Shown: positions 18,623-37,839 of the stretch, one piece after another
Layout: the number at the start of each line of letters is the position of its first letter
Numbering within the stretch: the first letter of the stretch is position 1
Assembly (NCBI RefSeq): GCF_009914755.1
Contig: NC_060933.1
Length of the DNA: 64,000 nt
From: the human T2T-CHM13v2.0 reference genome, Homo sapiens
Strand: one strand, 5' to 3'
Program-made: the position numbers and the translations under genes
Notes under the pieces: model-generated
Databases searched by the model: none
What the model saw: the letters and a program-made list of their open reading frames with translations, nothing else
Told to the model about the DNA's origin: nothing

Positions 18623-19449
18623 TCAAAAACAGACAACACCATCCTTCCTGAGGAAAGCAACACTTGTTCTAAAAACAGTCACTAACAGTGTGGGATTTAC
18701 CAGCAATTTTGACACCTGAAGAATTAATGCTACCATAACCCTCAGTAAAACAATTTAATTAAAATTAAAACGTTTTCATTTTTATTACCTTATTATTATT
18801 ATTAGCTATTATTTGTTGGATGTCTGCTATGTGCCTAGTATTTTACACACTCTAAACCTTAAAACAGGGAAGGCTCGGGGGGCTTTGGAGTTAGACAGCC
18901 TCCAGGTTTGTGTCCTGCTCTGCCACTTGGGCAAGGAATGTAACCACTCTGAGTCTCACTGTCCTCATGTGGGGACAACAATATTAACTATCTTATAGAG
19001 TTATCATAAGCCTACATGAGTCAGCACCATAAGAAATCCACAAATACTACTTTTAACAATAAGCTTGTAAAAAAACACTACCTCCCTGCACATTTTACAG
19101 ATGAGAAAACTGAGGCTTGGCCGTTGATATGATCTGTCCATGGTCCTGAAGACAGAGGTGCCAATGATGACGCTTTTTCATCTCTGCTGTTTCTGCTCCT
19201 GGTTCATCCCTTGTTCTGCCCATTCCATTTGTGGACAACACAAAACACCTGGGATTTCTCTACCCTATTCTTCTTATGAACATCGAGCGAGTACAACCCT
19301 CTGGGGTCTCTACTGATTCCCTGCTCACATCCCCTTTCCCTCCACATCAGACTGTCTGCATCTCCCAGGACAGAACTCCCACATCTCCCAGGAGCTCCAG
19401 CTGCAGCTTCAACTTTCAGTACCTAGCAGCTGGGCTTACTCCAGGAAGA

Positions 19450-19660
19450 CACTGGTGGAATGGAGAGAGCAGAGACTTCCAGTTCAAATTCTGACTCCAT
19501 CACTCAGGCAAATAGCTAATCCCCCTGATCACCAGCTTCCTCAAAGGTCAAGTGAGGACAATTGTTATACTTCGCAGGATTGCTGCGAAGATGTGAGAGT
19601 GTATGGAAAGTATCTGGTTCAGGTACCTGATGCAATGTGGGTGCTCAATAAATGCTCATT
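19450..19660 (+). mobile_element. MIR
   Basis: gttcaaattctgactcc...gggtgctcaataaatg. Confidence 0.65.
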
Positions 19661-19889
19661 ACCCTTTTATAGCCCTGTTCCCCTTGTGGGGTGGCAAGGA
19701 GAGGTGGAGGCTTCTGGAAGACAAAGCTCAAAGATGGAGTCCACCAGGCTAGGAAATAGCTTGGCAGCTGGAGTGAGAGCAAGGGAGGATTCAGGGGTGG
19801 CAGAGATCAAAGGCTAAATTATGCAGATTATTCCTTTGTTCCTTGTAGTTTGCACTTGCTTTGGTGCCTCCTGGGGTGTGAGGAAAGAC

Positions 19890-20200
19890 AAGCTCACATC
19901 ATATGCACACAGATACACAAAAGTACACAGGGACAAACATACACATGAACCTAAATGCACATGAAAATAAACCCCACCACAACACACACAAACACACATA
20001 TGCATGCTCACAAGTGTGTGTATGCACTCTGAACACAAATTTATCTACGTGTTCAGGCAATTGTTCAGAAGCTCATGTGCTCATGAACATGTGTAAATGC
20101 ACAATCTTGTGTGTTCATGCAAGCACATATACACACACACATGTTCACAACCACTAGTCCACACAGGCATGCATAAATGCTTGTCCACATGTGTGCACAC
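19890..20200. repeat. Degenerate CA/TG-rich low-complexity tract
   Basis: Dense cac/aca/catg/tgtg motifs. Confidence 0.7.
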
Positions 20201-20399
20201 TCCCTTTTCAAATCCCCAACTCAAAATAGAAGCATAAGGTGCAACATTTGTGCCTCTCTGTCGTTGAGAGAGAGGAGGCTTTAGAAAGACAGCTTTGCAA
20301 AAGAATGTAGAGAAATTGACAGGGATTCCATGCATTTCAGGAAAGGTTAAGAGGTGGAGGGTGTCCAATAGCAATAGCTGGATGAAAGGGTACAGAGGA

Positions 20400-21019
20400 A
20401 ACTAGTTCAACCAATGTGGAAGTCAGTGTGGCGATTCCTCAGGGATCTAGAACTAGAAATACCATTTGACCCAGACATCCCATTACTGGGTATATACCCA
20501 AAGGACTATAAATCATGCTGCTATAAAGACACATGCACACATATGTTTATTGCGGCACTATTCACAATAGCAAAGACTTGGAACCAACCCAAATGTCCAA
20601 CAATGATAGACTGGATTAAGAAAATGTGGCACATATACACCATGGAATACTATGCAGCCATAAAAAATGATGAGTTCATGTCCTTTGTAGGGACATGGAT
20701 GAAATTGGAAATCATCATTCTCAGTAAACTATCGCAAGGACAAAAAACCAAACACCGCATGTTCTCACTCATAGGTGGGAATTGAACAATGAGAACACAT
20801 GGACACAGGAAGGGGACCATCACACTCTGGGGACTGTTGTGGGGTGGGGGGAGGGGGGAGGGATAGCATTAGGAGATATACCTAATGCTAAATGACGAGT
20901 TAATGGGTGCAGCACAGCAGCATGGCACATGTATACATATGTAACTAACCTGCACATTGTGCACATGTACCCTAAAACTTAAAGTATAATAATAATTAAA
21001 AAAAAGAAAAAAAAAAAAA
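20400..21019 (+). mobile_element. L1PA3-like 5'-truncated insertion
   Basis: ORF 20414-20785 is the L1 ORF2 C-terminus; 3'UTR has the GAG diagnostic (atgacgagttaatggg, so not L1HS-Ta); poly(A); TSD gaaagggtacagagga at 20384-20399 and 21020-21035. Confidence 0.97.
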
Positions 21020-21419
21020 GAAAGGGTACAGAGGATAAGGTGGGTCTATTAGGGGGAGGGGATAACCCAAGGCATCCACTATCAACCTGAACCCAAATTA
21101 ACCAAAGGTTTATGCCAGAGTCCCCCAACCAATTGATCACCATACTAGTCACAGCCAAATAAGGCTCAATTATGAACACGTAGCACCTCTGATAGGTCAA
21201 GCACTGTTTGAAGCCCTTTACACGTATTAACTTATTTAATCCTCAACAATAATAAGGTAGTTTTTTTCTTTCAATTTTCAGACTGGGGAAACTGAGTCAG
21301 GGTACCTGGCCTCTCCAAAAGATGAGACACCCAGATTCAAGCTTGACTTCCAACTTTTGACTCCTTCTCTAAACTTGTTCAGATGCCATCTCCAGATTCC
21401 CTACAGACTGGTCCCCTTC

Positions 21420-21540
21420 TGAGGCAGGAGAATTGCTTGAACCCAGGAGGCGGAGACTGCAGTGAGCCGAGATCGCTCCACTGCACTCCAGCCTGGGTGA
21501 CAGAGTGAGATTCTGTCTAAAAAAAAAAAAAAAAAAAAAA
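21420..21540 (+). mobile_element. Alu right-arm fragment
   Basis: gaggcaggagaattgc...poly(A). Confidence 0.9.
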
Positions 21541-21566
21541 TACCTCTATTTAAATTTTTTTATTGC

Positions 21567-21872
21567 CTTTTTTTTTTTTTTTTTTTTGAGACAGGGTCTC
21601 ACTCTGTCATGTAGGCTGAGGTGCAGTGGCATGATCACAGCTCACTGCAGCCTCAACTTCCAGGGCTCAAGAGATCCTCCCCACCTTAGCCTCCCGAGTA
21701 GCTGGGACCACAGATGGGCACCACTACGCCCGGCTAACTTTAAAATTTTTTTGTAGCAATAGGGGCTCCCTATGTTGCCCAGGCTGGTCTCAAACTCCTG
21801 GGCTCAAGCAATCTTCCCACCTCAGCCTCCCAAAGTGCTGAGATTACAGGTGTGAATCACCTTGTCTGGCCT
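21567..21872 (-). mobile_element. AluJ
   Basis: cactgcagcctcaac, ctcctgggctcaag. Confidence 0.9.
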
Positions 21873-21899
21873 TAAATTGGTTTTGAGATGATTATTTTG

Positions 21900-23230
21900 G
21901 AGGTATTTTAAAATAGCAATAATCCCATCTAATCAGATATGACCAATATTAGCACTTAGATGTATCTTGGAAATCTGTTTTGTATAGCTAATTATTCTCT
22001 CTCTCTCTGACTCTATTCACATATATTTATATATGTACCTGCATTTGGTATATATAAAAAATGAATAAATTTTAAAGGGATTACCAAATGCAAGTTGTTA
22101 TCTGTATTTTAAAATTTAGTAATATATTAAACACATGTTTACACATCCATAAATGTAATTCCATAATATCAAACAACTTTTTTCCAGTGTGTTAAGAAAA
22201 TGCAGTGATAGGCTTTCTTGCTCATATACCTGTACACAATTCTTTAGTATTTTCCTTAAAATATCTGAAGAATAGAATTATATATCTTTAAAATAAACTT
22301 CATTGAGAAATTACACATTTTAAAGCATTTTGATATATATTGCCAAAATGCTCTTCAGAAAGTCTTAACAGAATTGTACTCACATTTGCAGTATACAAAT
22401 GTTTCTCTTACCATATTGTTGCTAGTACATATTGCGTATTAGCAGGTTTTATTATTCTAAAGTTCACGGACTAAAACATATCATCACAATCTGATTTAAT
22501 TTACATTGTAATAATTAACAAGGTTGTACTTTTTTATGTTTAATACCCATTTGTATCATTTCTACATTCATGGATTTCCTTTGCTTTTTTAAATTTAAAA
22601 TATAATCTCATTGCTTTGTTTAGCTTTTTAACACTACATGTTAATTGCAGAAAATTTAGAAAATAACAATATAAGAAATAAAACAAAACTTAGTCAGATA
22701 CTCAGCCATATTGTAGATTTTTTTTAGAAAGAGAGATTTAGAAACAGAAATCACATACTTACCACATATACCAAATAATATTATGCCCTTTGTAGCTTTA
22801 TAGACTGCTTTTGAATTATAGAACAGTTATTTTCCTATGTTATTAGGTATTGTTTTTAAAACATGATTTTTATATATGCACAAATGTATTTATATCTTAA
22901 TTTACTTGATAATCGTCCTAACTTGGACACATAGGTTTCTTCCAAGTTTTGCTTTCATAAATAACAGAGTAATAAACATCTTTATCCTCAAGTTTTTTCA
23001 TCTTTTACTATTATCCTCAGGATAAATTCCTGGAGGAAATGTTTCTATATAAAAAGTCATGAAGAGGTTTTTGTTTTGAGGCTTTTGATATATATCGTCA
23101 AACCCTATTCCAGCGTACACAGTCACCACCAAGCGGAAAAGTGTCTGTTTTGCGGCACTCTTGCCAAACTGGGTATTAAAATGTTAGGTGAAATTTGGCA
23201 CCTCATTGTCATTTTCATGTTTGTTTCTTT
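21900..23230 (-). mobile_element. Ancient L1ME-type fragments (AT-rich)
   Basis: ttttgatatatattgccaaa and tttccaagttttgct...aataaacatctt motifs. Confidence 0.55.
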
Positions 23231-23439
23231 GCTTACAATGAGCCTGACCATGTGTCTTCTGTTTCCAATCTAACAGGCCGCAGCGGGGAGTGGAGAAAGT
23301 GGGTTTTCTATGCTTGGCTTTTTCCTCCACCACTTGTTACAGAGTTGGGCAAAATGTTTTTAAACCATGTTTGTTAATTAGAATTTTAAAATAATTTTAG
23401 TAATGTTAATAGCTTTCACTAAAAACCTACCATTCTTTT

Positions 23440-24045
23440 CAGCCTTCAGCCTTACCCTCTTATAAGTCACTCTCCACATATCATCAGAGTGGTCTTTCCA
23501 AAACACAGACCTGATTGTTTCACCCCCTCTGCCTACAACCTTCAGTGGCTCACTATTACCTACAGGATAGAGTTCAAGCTCCTTGTCCTGACATTTGAAG
23601 CCTTCATGGTTTTACCTCAACATTCCTTTCCAGCCTCATCTCCTATAGATGCCCCAGACCTCCCCTTCCTGATGCCATGACTAATGTGTTACCCACATTA
23701 CTCCTACTTGCTGTTTTTATTTCAGATGTAAGGCCTTTGTTCACACTGTTCCCCTTGCCTGAAATACCTTCTCTCTTTTTCACCTGGCAAAGGCTTTCTG
23801 AGCCTTTGAGATTTAGCTCAATGTCTGCTTTCCTGCTTCCCCGCTTCCCCGAAGAGAGAGCACTTTGGTCCTGTCCCTGTGTCTCATAACACAATGTTCA
23901 CATCTCGTCATTATTTGTGCGTGTTCCCAGCTCCTCCACTACACTTTGAGTCCTTAAGGGCAGGAACTTAGCACACACATTTACCTCCCCGGTGCATAGA
24001 CTAGCGCCTGGCAGAGAGTAAGGGCCTTGGAAATGTTTGTTGTTG
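23440..24045 (+). mobile_element. L2 3' portion
   Basis: aaccttcagtggctc...gttcacactgttcccc...gcgcctggcagagagtaag. Confidence 0.7.
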
Positions 24046-24639
24046 GAGAACTGTGTCTCTCAGATAATTTAATATTTGATTATAAAGCTCACACTCTGGC
24101 ACAAAAGCTGTCATTGAAGACATATAAATTAAAACACAAAATTCCTCATCAAAATGTCTCCCAGGAATGGCTGGGTCAGAGCAGTTGGCTAGCTGCTAAG
24201 GTGTTTAATAAAACCCCAGTTAATTAACAAGAAAAAGATTCCTTTGTGGTTTGCTTCACGGCGGAGGACAGCAAGAAGCTTATGCTGGAGACAGGTCTGG
24301 GTTTCATTTCAGGTTTCTTTCAGAAATTTTAGGGATAGAAGAGTAAAGGGGAGATAGGAGCTGTTTTTGACCCAGGCCAAGCTACTGAAGGGTTGCCCTA
24401 ATTCCCCTGAGTCTGCAGTTCCCAGTCCGCCACACACTCTTGTTTCCCTGATGCTGGGAGAATAAATTAGTGCAATCTCTTTGAAGAGCAATGTGATAGT
24501 ATGACAATGTGTACCCACTTTGACCTAGCATTCTACTGCTAGGAATCCAAGCTACAGAAATAACAGCTCAAATATGAAAGGAAATGGGTGTGATGATGTG
24601 TTGTTATTTCATTGCTTGGGGTAAGAATAAGCAATCTAA

Positions 24640-24992
<353 letters not shown>

Positions 24993-25941
24993 CTAAGCTT
25001 TATCCAACTACAGAATCCACGGAAATGTTATAAAGAATAAGGTAGATTTGTATGCTCTGAGATGAAAGTGACAGCAGATACAGGATTCCATTTTGCAAAA
25101 TAACAACAAAACTTTGTACATGAACACACACACACACATACACATACACACAGAGTTTGCCAAGCTATTAAGAAAGATCTAGTAGGATACACATCTAACT
25201 TCTAGGGAGCACATTATGGAAGAATCAAAGGAATACTTTCATTGTTTATTCTCACAAATATGTATTGTTTCAATTTTTACAAGCATTTATTAATTTTGAA
25301 GTTAAAGAGAAAATAAAGCACTTTATAAAGCTGGTTCCCAACTATCTTTTCAATTCTGACTCACATGGCTTCCGAATCGTGTTTTCTTTTTAAGCATATC
25401 CTATCTATTATGTGGTTTGATTGTCACAACAGACCCATGGTACATATCATTATTATCATTTCCATTTTACACATCAGGAAACTTGAATTCATGAATTCTG
25501 GTCTTCAATGCATCAAATTCACGATGAGAAAAGACCATAGCCAATGGTAGTACAAATGCTAAGAAAATAGCACCCTCTATTCTGCTAGTGAGAGAATAAA
25601 TCCATACAAGCCTTCTAGGGAGCAATTTGACAATAACATATCAACATTCTTTAAAATCTGCATATCCTTTATCCTAGCAATTCCTTTTCTGGAAATTTAT
25701 CCCAAGGACATAATTAAGGATGTGCACAGAGTTTCAGCTACAAGGATATTCATTTAAGAAGATGCTTACGATACTAAAAAATTGGAAACCACTGAAGTAT
25801 CCAAGAATAGAAAATTACTTAAATAAATTATGTTCCATTCATACAAGAGAATACTATAAAGTCATTAAGTAGCAGTGAAAAGGCATATTTAATGGCAGGG
25901 AACACAATTCATGATACATTTTTAAAAGTAGGTCACAAACA

Positions 25942-26105
25942 GGCCTAGTGCAGTGGCACATGCCTATAATCCCAGTACTTTGGGAGGCCGAGGCAGGAGG
26001 ATCACTTGAGCCTAGGCATTCGAGGCTGCAGTGAGCTATTATTACGGCACTGCACTCTGGCCTGGGTGACAGAGTAAAACTCTGTGTCTGGGGAAAAAAA
26101 AAAAA
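25942..26105 (+). mobile_element. Alu monomer (FAM/FRAM-like)
   Basis: Single arm; perfect TSD aaaagtaggtcacaaaca. Confidence 0.85.
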
Positions 26106-26168
26106 AGTAGGTCACAAACAGTCCATATTACATGAGTCCATTTTTGTTTTTGTTTTTTAACATATTTA

Positions 26169-26523
<355 letters not shown>

Positions 26524-28332
26524 TCATACTAATTACCCCTAGCGACTGAGAATACAGGAGATTTTTTTTTCATTTTCTCCTTTTCTTAGCTGTATTTTCA
26601 CGACTCCCTCCGGCTAAATTTCTTACAATGAAAATGCATCGCTTTGAATAAGACAAAAATTGTATTGATTTGTTTTCAAGAAGATGCATCTTCTTATTCC
26701 TCCCCCGAAGCAAGTTTTGTAGTCTTGCCTATGTGCCTCCTTTCCTCCTAGATCAATGACCTATCCATAGCTACCCCGGCATTCTATAAAGCCAGCTCCT
26801 CCAGGAAGTCTGCCATGATCTCTGCTGGCTGCTGGGCTTCCTAGCTTACATTCAGCTTTCTGTCTGCTTGCACGGTAGTGTGACACTTACTGCCAAAGCC
26901 TGCTGGGATATGGCTTATCAGCCCAGGAAGCTTAAGGCATCCCCAAAGCGGCTGCTCAGTCCCTGTTTCTTTAAATAGATCTGGCTGCTTACAAAGCAGG
27001 TATTGGAGTGCCTAAAAGCCCAGCGGCCTTCAGAAGCCCCTGCCTCTGGCATTCGCTGGAGACTTTCCCACTCAACTGGTGTCACTCTGTTCTTCATGCT
27101 CAGCTTACAGAAGCCTTGGCTCGGTCTCAATGCTTCCCGCACCCTGTGGCTCCCCTTGCCCCGGCCACTGGTCTACATGTGCTTTGGAGTTCACCTTCCG
27201 GTTGCATTGATGCTCCAGATAATAATCAAAGCCATCTCCCCCAGGCCCTCAAACCCTGCGCCACTCACCCACACAAAGACAGGGGATGATAAAAACCATA
27301 GTTCTTGTGTGCTAAGCACCTGCTATATGCTTGGCACTTTACATGCCTATCTCCTTTACTCTGTAAAAATAACAACCGTAGCTATCATTGAGTCCTTTTT
27401 CTGTGCCAGCTACTGTACTCTTTATATGCATCTGCATTTCCCAGAGTATGAAAGAGAGGCTCAGAGGAGTAAAGTGAGTTGTCCAAGGTCACAGAGCTAG
27501 TAAGGAAGTGGTGGTGCCTCGTTTCAAACCAACCCTTGTCTGACTGCCAGCCTCATGCCCCTAATCCCTACCCTGTGCTGCTCTTATAACCACCCTGTGG
27601 GATAGGCAGGAAAGATGAGAAAACTGGGTTTCAGCAAGGTTAAATCTCAGTTCAGGGTCATTTTAACACAGCGTCAGAGGGACCTGAGAGCTTGCAGTGA
27701 GAAGATGCTGGTCTGGGTAAGGAACTGGGTGAATAGGAAGGTCACAGAAGGTGAGAGTCTGGTGTGGGTGAGGAATGGGGCTAGGTCCTCCACCAGGGAG
27801 GCAGGGATCCAAGGCTGGGCTCTAATCCTGGCAGGAGAAGTGCAGGCTGGGAAGGCAGCTTCCCAGGGCTCCCCTCCACCCCGGAAACACTACCCACCCA
27901 TCTGGGACAGCATAGCCATTTCTCGATCATATCTGCCATTGTCCTTTGTCCCGGGGCTCAGGGACCATGTGGAGTTGTGTGTGCTGACAGAGGTGGAGGA
28001 GGGGGACTCAGGGCCTCTGGTGTCTGGGAGGCTCAGATAGGCCAGGGTGTTCTCTGTTCACCTGCTGGACACTGGGCTGCTATGCTCAGGGGCAATGGCT
28101 CATACCACATCTCCTCTATCTGGAGTGTAATAAAAAGATCCAGGTGCCTAAGGCAGCAAGGTGAATCTGGGCCCCAAAGTTCTCGGCTCAAGTCCTGGTC
28201 TACCACTGACTTGCCTGGGACTTCAGGTACATCACTTTCTGTCTTGGCATTGTAACAGCTCCTGTTGGGGCTGTGGAGCACTGGTGTGTGGGTAAGTGTT
28301 GTGAGAAGTAGAGTCAAGAGTAGCTGGTGTCA

Positions 28333-29443
<1,111 letters not shown>

Positions 29444-30595
29444 GAGAATGTTTTTAAAAGAGAGAATAGCGAGCATTTCCTTCTCCAGATTCCATGCTAA
29501 GCACTTCCCATGTGCCTTGTGTAATCCCCACATCAAACCTAGAAGAGAAGAACCCTCATTATGCTTATTTCATAGGTGAGGAAACTGAGGCAGGGAGCGG
29601 TTCAATAGCTTCCCCAAGGTGGCACAGCTCTGGTGCCACATGCAAATGCAAGGTCAGTGTGGACGGCATTGCACCTCCACTGAGACCACAGGGTACTTTG
29701 TACAAGCTTTTCCTGTGGACAGTCTCCTTGTTCATCTTCCCTATCAGCCCATGCGGGCCTGGAGAGCAGACACCTTATTCAGCGACTCCCCACAACACAG
29801 CTCAAGGCCTGGCTCATAGACGTCTGTTGAATGGAAGGAGCACTGCACTATCTTTGCCCTCTCGGCTGGTTTGCAGAGAAATCGACTTTTCACAAAAGCA
29901 CAGCATCCGCTGTGAAATCTTCAGGCTGCCAGAGGCTGCTTCACGCTCACCCTGAGGTTGCTGAGATGAGAGGCAAGAACCACCTCAAGTCGAGACAAAA
30001 TGCATTTGTGGTTTTGAAGGAAAGTCGTTAGAAGACAAAGTCTGTCTTCCAAGGCCAAGGTTGCTCCAATTCCGTTTACTTAAAGTAGAAAGAAGACAAT
30101 CCCTGCCCCGATGGGTCTGCGCTGGCTTGTAGGAAGGAGAGATTTTGCTGAGTATCCAACACTAACCGCAGGAGAGAGCAGAGGGGAGACAGTGGGAGCC
30201 AAAGCAAACATTCTGAAGTCAGAGATAATGGGAGAAGGTAAGAGGAAGAATAGGCTTGGAGGCCAAGCAGGAAGCAGGTCTGAAAGGAAGGGTGGGAAGG
30301 CAGGAAGCGTCCCGAGCACTTATGAGAAGATGGCCCTCCAGAGTCTGAGGGGGAGGTCTTGGAGGAACCTGGGCTGGCTGAGCTGGAGTCACAGCTGGCC
30401 TGGCCAAGACTCCTCCAACAGTCTGCTCCTGGGCCTCCCTGACTTGGGCCTCTCCCTGTCCTGTCATCCTCCATTTGAACCCAAAGTGTCCTTTCAACAC
30501 ACAGATTGTTCCTGTCCCAAAACCCTTCCACGGCTCCCCACTGAGAAGCATTCAGACGAGGCACTCCAGGCCTCAGGGTCCAAATGAAGTCGCAG

Positions 30596-30920
<325 letters not shown>

Positions 30921-31809
30921 CTAGGATCTCATGCACCAACCTTCTTATTCTTCCCCAAGTGAACTCCGCCTTTCTTGCTTTTTCCGTATTTTCTCTTTTT
31001 CCCAGATATGTCTCATCTCCTCCAATAGCCCCTTGTGGGACTATTTTCTCCACTTCTTTGAATCTCCCTCAATGTCTAATCTGGGGCTGGCCATGGACGC
31101 ATGCTCAGTAACTACCAGAAAAACGAATCCAGTAGCCAGAAGGATGGAACACAGAAGGATTCTGGGCAACTGACCTGCCTAGTTCACGCTTATAGAGCTT
31201 GACGTGTTAGGCCGGGTTCACAGGTTTGCCAGGAAACAGACCCTGGGGAAAGGGTGGGGTCTAAACGGCATATCTGGGAGGTGGACGCTAACACAGAGTA
31301 CGTTTGAGGGTAGCCACCTTTCTGAGCACTTCCGGCTCCATCCTGCTGAGGTCCTCTAGGAAATGGGAGAAAGCACAACTTCTAGTTGTCCCACCTGGAA
31401 AGTAAAGGATGCTGAAGTATTTACCTCCCGTCTCCCACTCACCTGGCTCAGGGCAGTTCCTGGGGTGTTTACACCTGTGGCCTGCTCCTGGCTCAGGCTG
31501 AAGGACACCTGTGGTGTGAGAGTCACAGATGCTTGCAGCAGGACCCCATAGGCAGGCTCCAGATGAGTGGGAGGGGATCAGACAGGCCCCCACTCTCCCA
31601 GCCTCTGTGCCTTTGCTGTGCTATTCCATCCCTGAACTGCCCTCTTCCAGGTCTCTTCTCCACTAGCAGTGAGCTCCTACACCTCCTTCGAGGCCCAGCT
31701 AAACGTTCTCCCTCTGGGAGGCTTCGCCTGACCACCCCAGAAGAGTTAGGGCCTCTCTCCCATGGACTCCCACCAGCACCCTTCCTCTCTCTTTTTAAAT
31801 TTTATTTTA

Positions 31810-31930
31810 TCATCATTATTATTTTTTTTGAGACGGGGTCTCATTCTGTTGTCAGGCTGGAGTGCAGTGGCACGATCTTGGCTCACTGCAGCCTTGACTT
31901 CCTGGGCTCAAGCGATCCTCCCACTTCACC
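31810..31930 (-). mobile_element. AluJ right-arm fragment within L2
   Basis: Antisense arm flanked by L2-like sequence (about 31575-32130). Confidence 0.8.
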
Positions 31931-32685
31931 CTTCTTCTCTTATCACTTTGTGCAGTGGCTCCCACAACAGCCACCCGCTGTTATCACCTTGCAACTGTGG
32001 TCTTGTCTGCCTGCCTCCCGGACTGCGAACTCTGCAAGGGTGAGGTCTCTGTCTGATTCATTGTGCCCCTAGCAGCAGCAGAGAGAAGGTGTCCTGTGAG
32101 TGACTGCATGAGAACAGCTGAATGAATAAGCAACAATAATAACTAACTATGTGCCCGACTCTGAGCTAACTTCCTTACACGTGACGCTTGTTTAATCTAC
32201 CCAGACACTTACAAGGTAGGTGCTACTGTCACTGTTGACCTACAGATGAGGCAGCAGAAGCACAGAGGGCAAAAGGAACTTGCCCCAGGGCCCCCGCCCC
32301 ACCAAAAAAACAAGAAGCTGAGTGAGGAATGATGGAGAGGCCCCTCCCAGTCCCTTGGGAGAGCTGTACTCACCCCCTGCAAGTCGAGGATAGGAGACTA
32401 TTAGCTCCGCCCATTGGCTCATGATGGCTCTTCAAAGCTGCTTTGGGCTAGGAAAGGATCTGCTGAGTCTGCTGGGAGGATGTAGAGAAAGGAAGATAAA
32501 TGGGGCAGCAGAGAGGGAGGGTCCTGGAGCCTGCCCACCTGTGAGCAGTGAGTTTGAGGAGCTGGGTGGGGGGTGCTGTAGGAGCAGCCGGGGGTGAAGT
32601 GCTGGATGAGGGTTGTTGGGCCACACAGTCACTGGGAGGGCAGGCGTGACAGTAGACACTCCCAGCCACACAGCCCCTTCCAGAT

Positions 32686-33237
<552 letters not shown>

Positions 33238-33444
33238 TAGATGAGTCTGCACAAGATCACGAGCCAGAGCTGGGACTTCAAATTAGGTCACTTGGTCTGA
33301 CCCCAAGTGCAGTATTCTTTCCACTGCCTCGTAGCTCTCAGTCCAGCCAGGATGGACCTTGTGGGTCAGATCTTGCTTTCCTGGAGGGACATTTGGGATC
33401 ATGGGGAGAGAGAGCCAACATTAGTGCATACCAGACAAATTTCA

Positions 33445-33751
<307 letters not shown>

Positions 33752-34911
33752 TTAATTCCATCCTTATCACACCTTATGAGAAAAGGATCATTATCTCCTT
33801 TTCACAGTTGGAGAACCTGAGGCCCAGAGAGGTTCAGCAACTCAGCCAAAGACACAGCAAGCGATTAGAGGGCTAGGATGGGGACCCAGTTTGAACAGGC
33901 CCCAGAGCATAGGGTCTAACAGGCAGATGGGAGAAGAGGGCATTGGAAGGATTCATAAATTAGGATTTTTCCAGCTGGGTTTGGCAACTGCACAGTTTAC
34001 CTACAATCTACTCACCTTGATGGAGTTTATACCTAGAGATCCCTCACCCTGCAGAACAGGAGACAGACTCCCTGAGAGACCTGCAACTCACAGTTCACCC
34101 AAGAGCAGGCATGAGACACCCAGCCAAGGTCACAAGTAAGAGGCGGGTACTCATTTCTTCTGTGGCCACAGGCAACTGAGTGGACTAGCCACAAACACAG
34201 TGGTCACTAAGGGTTACACCTCAGGAGCTAGGGGTCCTCTGTCTGCTTCCTCTGAGGCCCAGGGATGGACAGAGGTGCACGGCAGTGCCTCAGAGGGTGA
34301 GCAAGGATTTTGTTAGCCTCTATCTAGATCCCGACTGTTTTATGAAATTTGATTTGGCCTCTGGGGAAAAACTAGCTGTGATCCAACAAGGGCAAAAGCA
34401 CAGATGCCGGGGGGGAGAAAGCTTGTCTCTTAAAATGCAAAAGCTTGAAGGTGCTTTCTGAAGATTGCAGTGAGATAATTCAATGGTAAAAGAGACATCC
34501 GTTCAGAACGGATAAAAATTTTGCAAGAATCACAGGGCAGGTTTAGGAAAGATGTTTTTGTAAGTAATACGAGACTAAGCTTGCAGGGACTGTTGAAGTT
34601 AGCTTTTAAGGAGAGGTGGAATTTTGCTTATTACATTAGGAAGATTTGGAATGAATAGAGAATCCTCCATGCAGTTAGGGTGGAAGGCACATAGGAAATA
34701 CCAAAAGTATTGAAAAATTAAAAACCAAAATCTACAATTGTTTTTGTCTTTGCAGAGTTGTCCAAACACATTCATTTCCCTGGTATCATGTGATCTGCAT
34801 GACCTTATTATGGCAAAAGAATAGTAAACATTGCACCCTTAAAAAAAAAAAGCAGCTTCAATGAGATGTAATTCACAGACCATACAGTTCAACCATTTAA
34901 AGTGTGTAATT

Positions 34912-35226
<315 letters not shown>

Positions 35227-35552
35227 TCATTGAATTTTAGTATCGTAGTCCCCCTTATCTGTAGAGAATATGTTCCAAGACCCTCAGTGGATGACTGAAA
35301 CTATAGATACCAGTAGACTTGCTTGTTCTGTTTTTTCCTCTTTGTACATACCTAGAAAAAGTTTAATTTATAAATGAGGAATGGCAAGAGGTTAACAACA
35401 GTAACTAATAATAAAATAGAACAATTTTAACAATAAGCCAGCATCACTACTCTTGCATTCTGCGGGCATTATTAAGTAAAATAAGGGGTTACTTAAACAC
35501 AAGCACTGCAGTATCAATACTGGCACTGATAACCAAGGCGGCTATTAAGTGA

Positions 35553-36029
<477 letters not shown>

Positions 36030-36032
36030 TGA

Positions 36033-36414
<382 letters not shown>

Positions 36415-36634
36415 TCCCTGAACATATTTTATGAGTGTATTGTTTACTTGCCAGACTGTATTCACATAGTTGTTCTAATTTCGGAACATTTTTAAAAAAT
36501 GAACTCTGTATCCATTAGCAGTCATTCCCAATTTCCTTTTTTTCCCAGCCACTGGCAAGCACTAATCTTCTTTCTGTCTCTCTGGATTTACCTATTCTAG
36601 ACATTTTACATAAATGGAATCTTACAACATGTGG

Positions 36635-37098
36635 TATTATGGGTTGAATCGTGTCTCCCCCACCCCTACCAAATTCATAAATTGAAGTCTTAACACCAGT
36701 ATCTCGGAATGTGGCCTTATTTGAAAACAGGGTCATTGCAGATGCAATTAGTTTAAGAAAGGGTCATTAGAATGGGCCTTAATCCAGTATGTCTGGTGTC
36801 CTTATAAAAAGGGGAAATTTAGATATGAAGATACACACAGGGAGAACATCACGTGAAGATGAAAGCAGAGATTGAGGTGATGTTTCTCTACACCAAGGAA
36901 CACCAAAGATTGCCAGCAAACACCAGAAACTAGGCATGAGTCACAGAACATGTCTCCTTCACAGTCCTCAGGGGGAAGCAACTCTGGATACCTTGATCTT
37001 AGACTTCCAGCCTCCAGGACTGTGACACAATAAATTTCTGTTGCTTAAGCCAGCCAGTTTGTGCTACTTTGTTATGGCAGCCCTGGGAAACTAACACA
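36635..37098 (+). mobile_element. MLT1B/C MaLR solo LTR
   Basis: ttatgggttgaatcgtgtc...gtccttataaaaagggga...caataaatttctgttg...gaaactaacaca. Confidence 0.85.
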
Positions 37099-37132
37099 TA
37101 ATGGTCTTTTGTGTCTGGCTTTTTTCACTTAG

Positions 37133-37462
<330 letters not shown>

Positions 37463-37542
37463 TAGCATAATATTTACAAGGCTTTTTTCACTTAGCATAA
37501 TGTTGTAGCCTATATTAGTACTTCATCCCTTTTTATGAATTA

Positions 37543-37807
<265 letters not shown>

Positions 37808-37839
37808 CTGCCATGAATATTCATGTACAAGTTTTATTA

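Noticed and set aside
20414-20785. 123-aa ORF (and 1705-1947 on the minus strand) with L1 ORF2 similarity
   Set aside because: C-terminal remnants of 5'-truncated L1s, with no promoter, endonuclease or reverse transcriptase domain.
20839-20863. G-quadruplex-like G tract
   Set aside because: This is a standard part of the L1 3'UTR.
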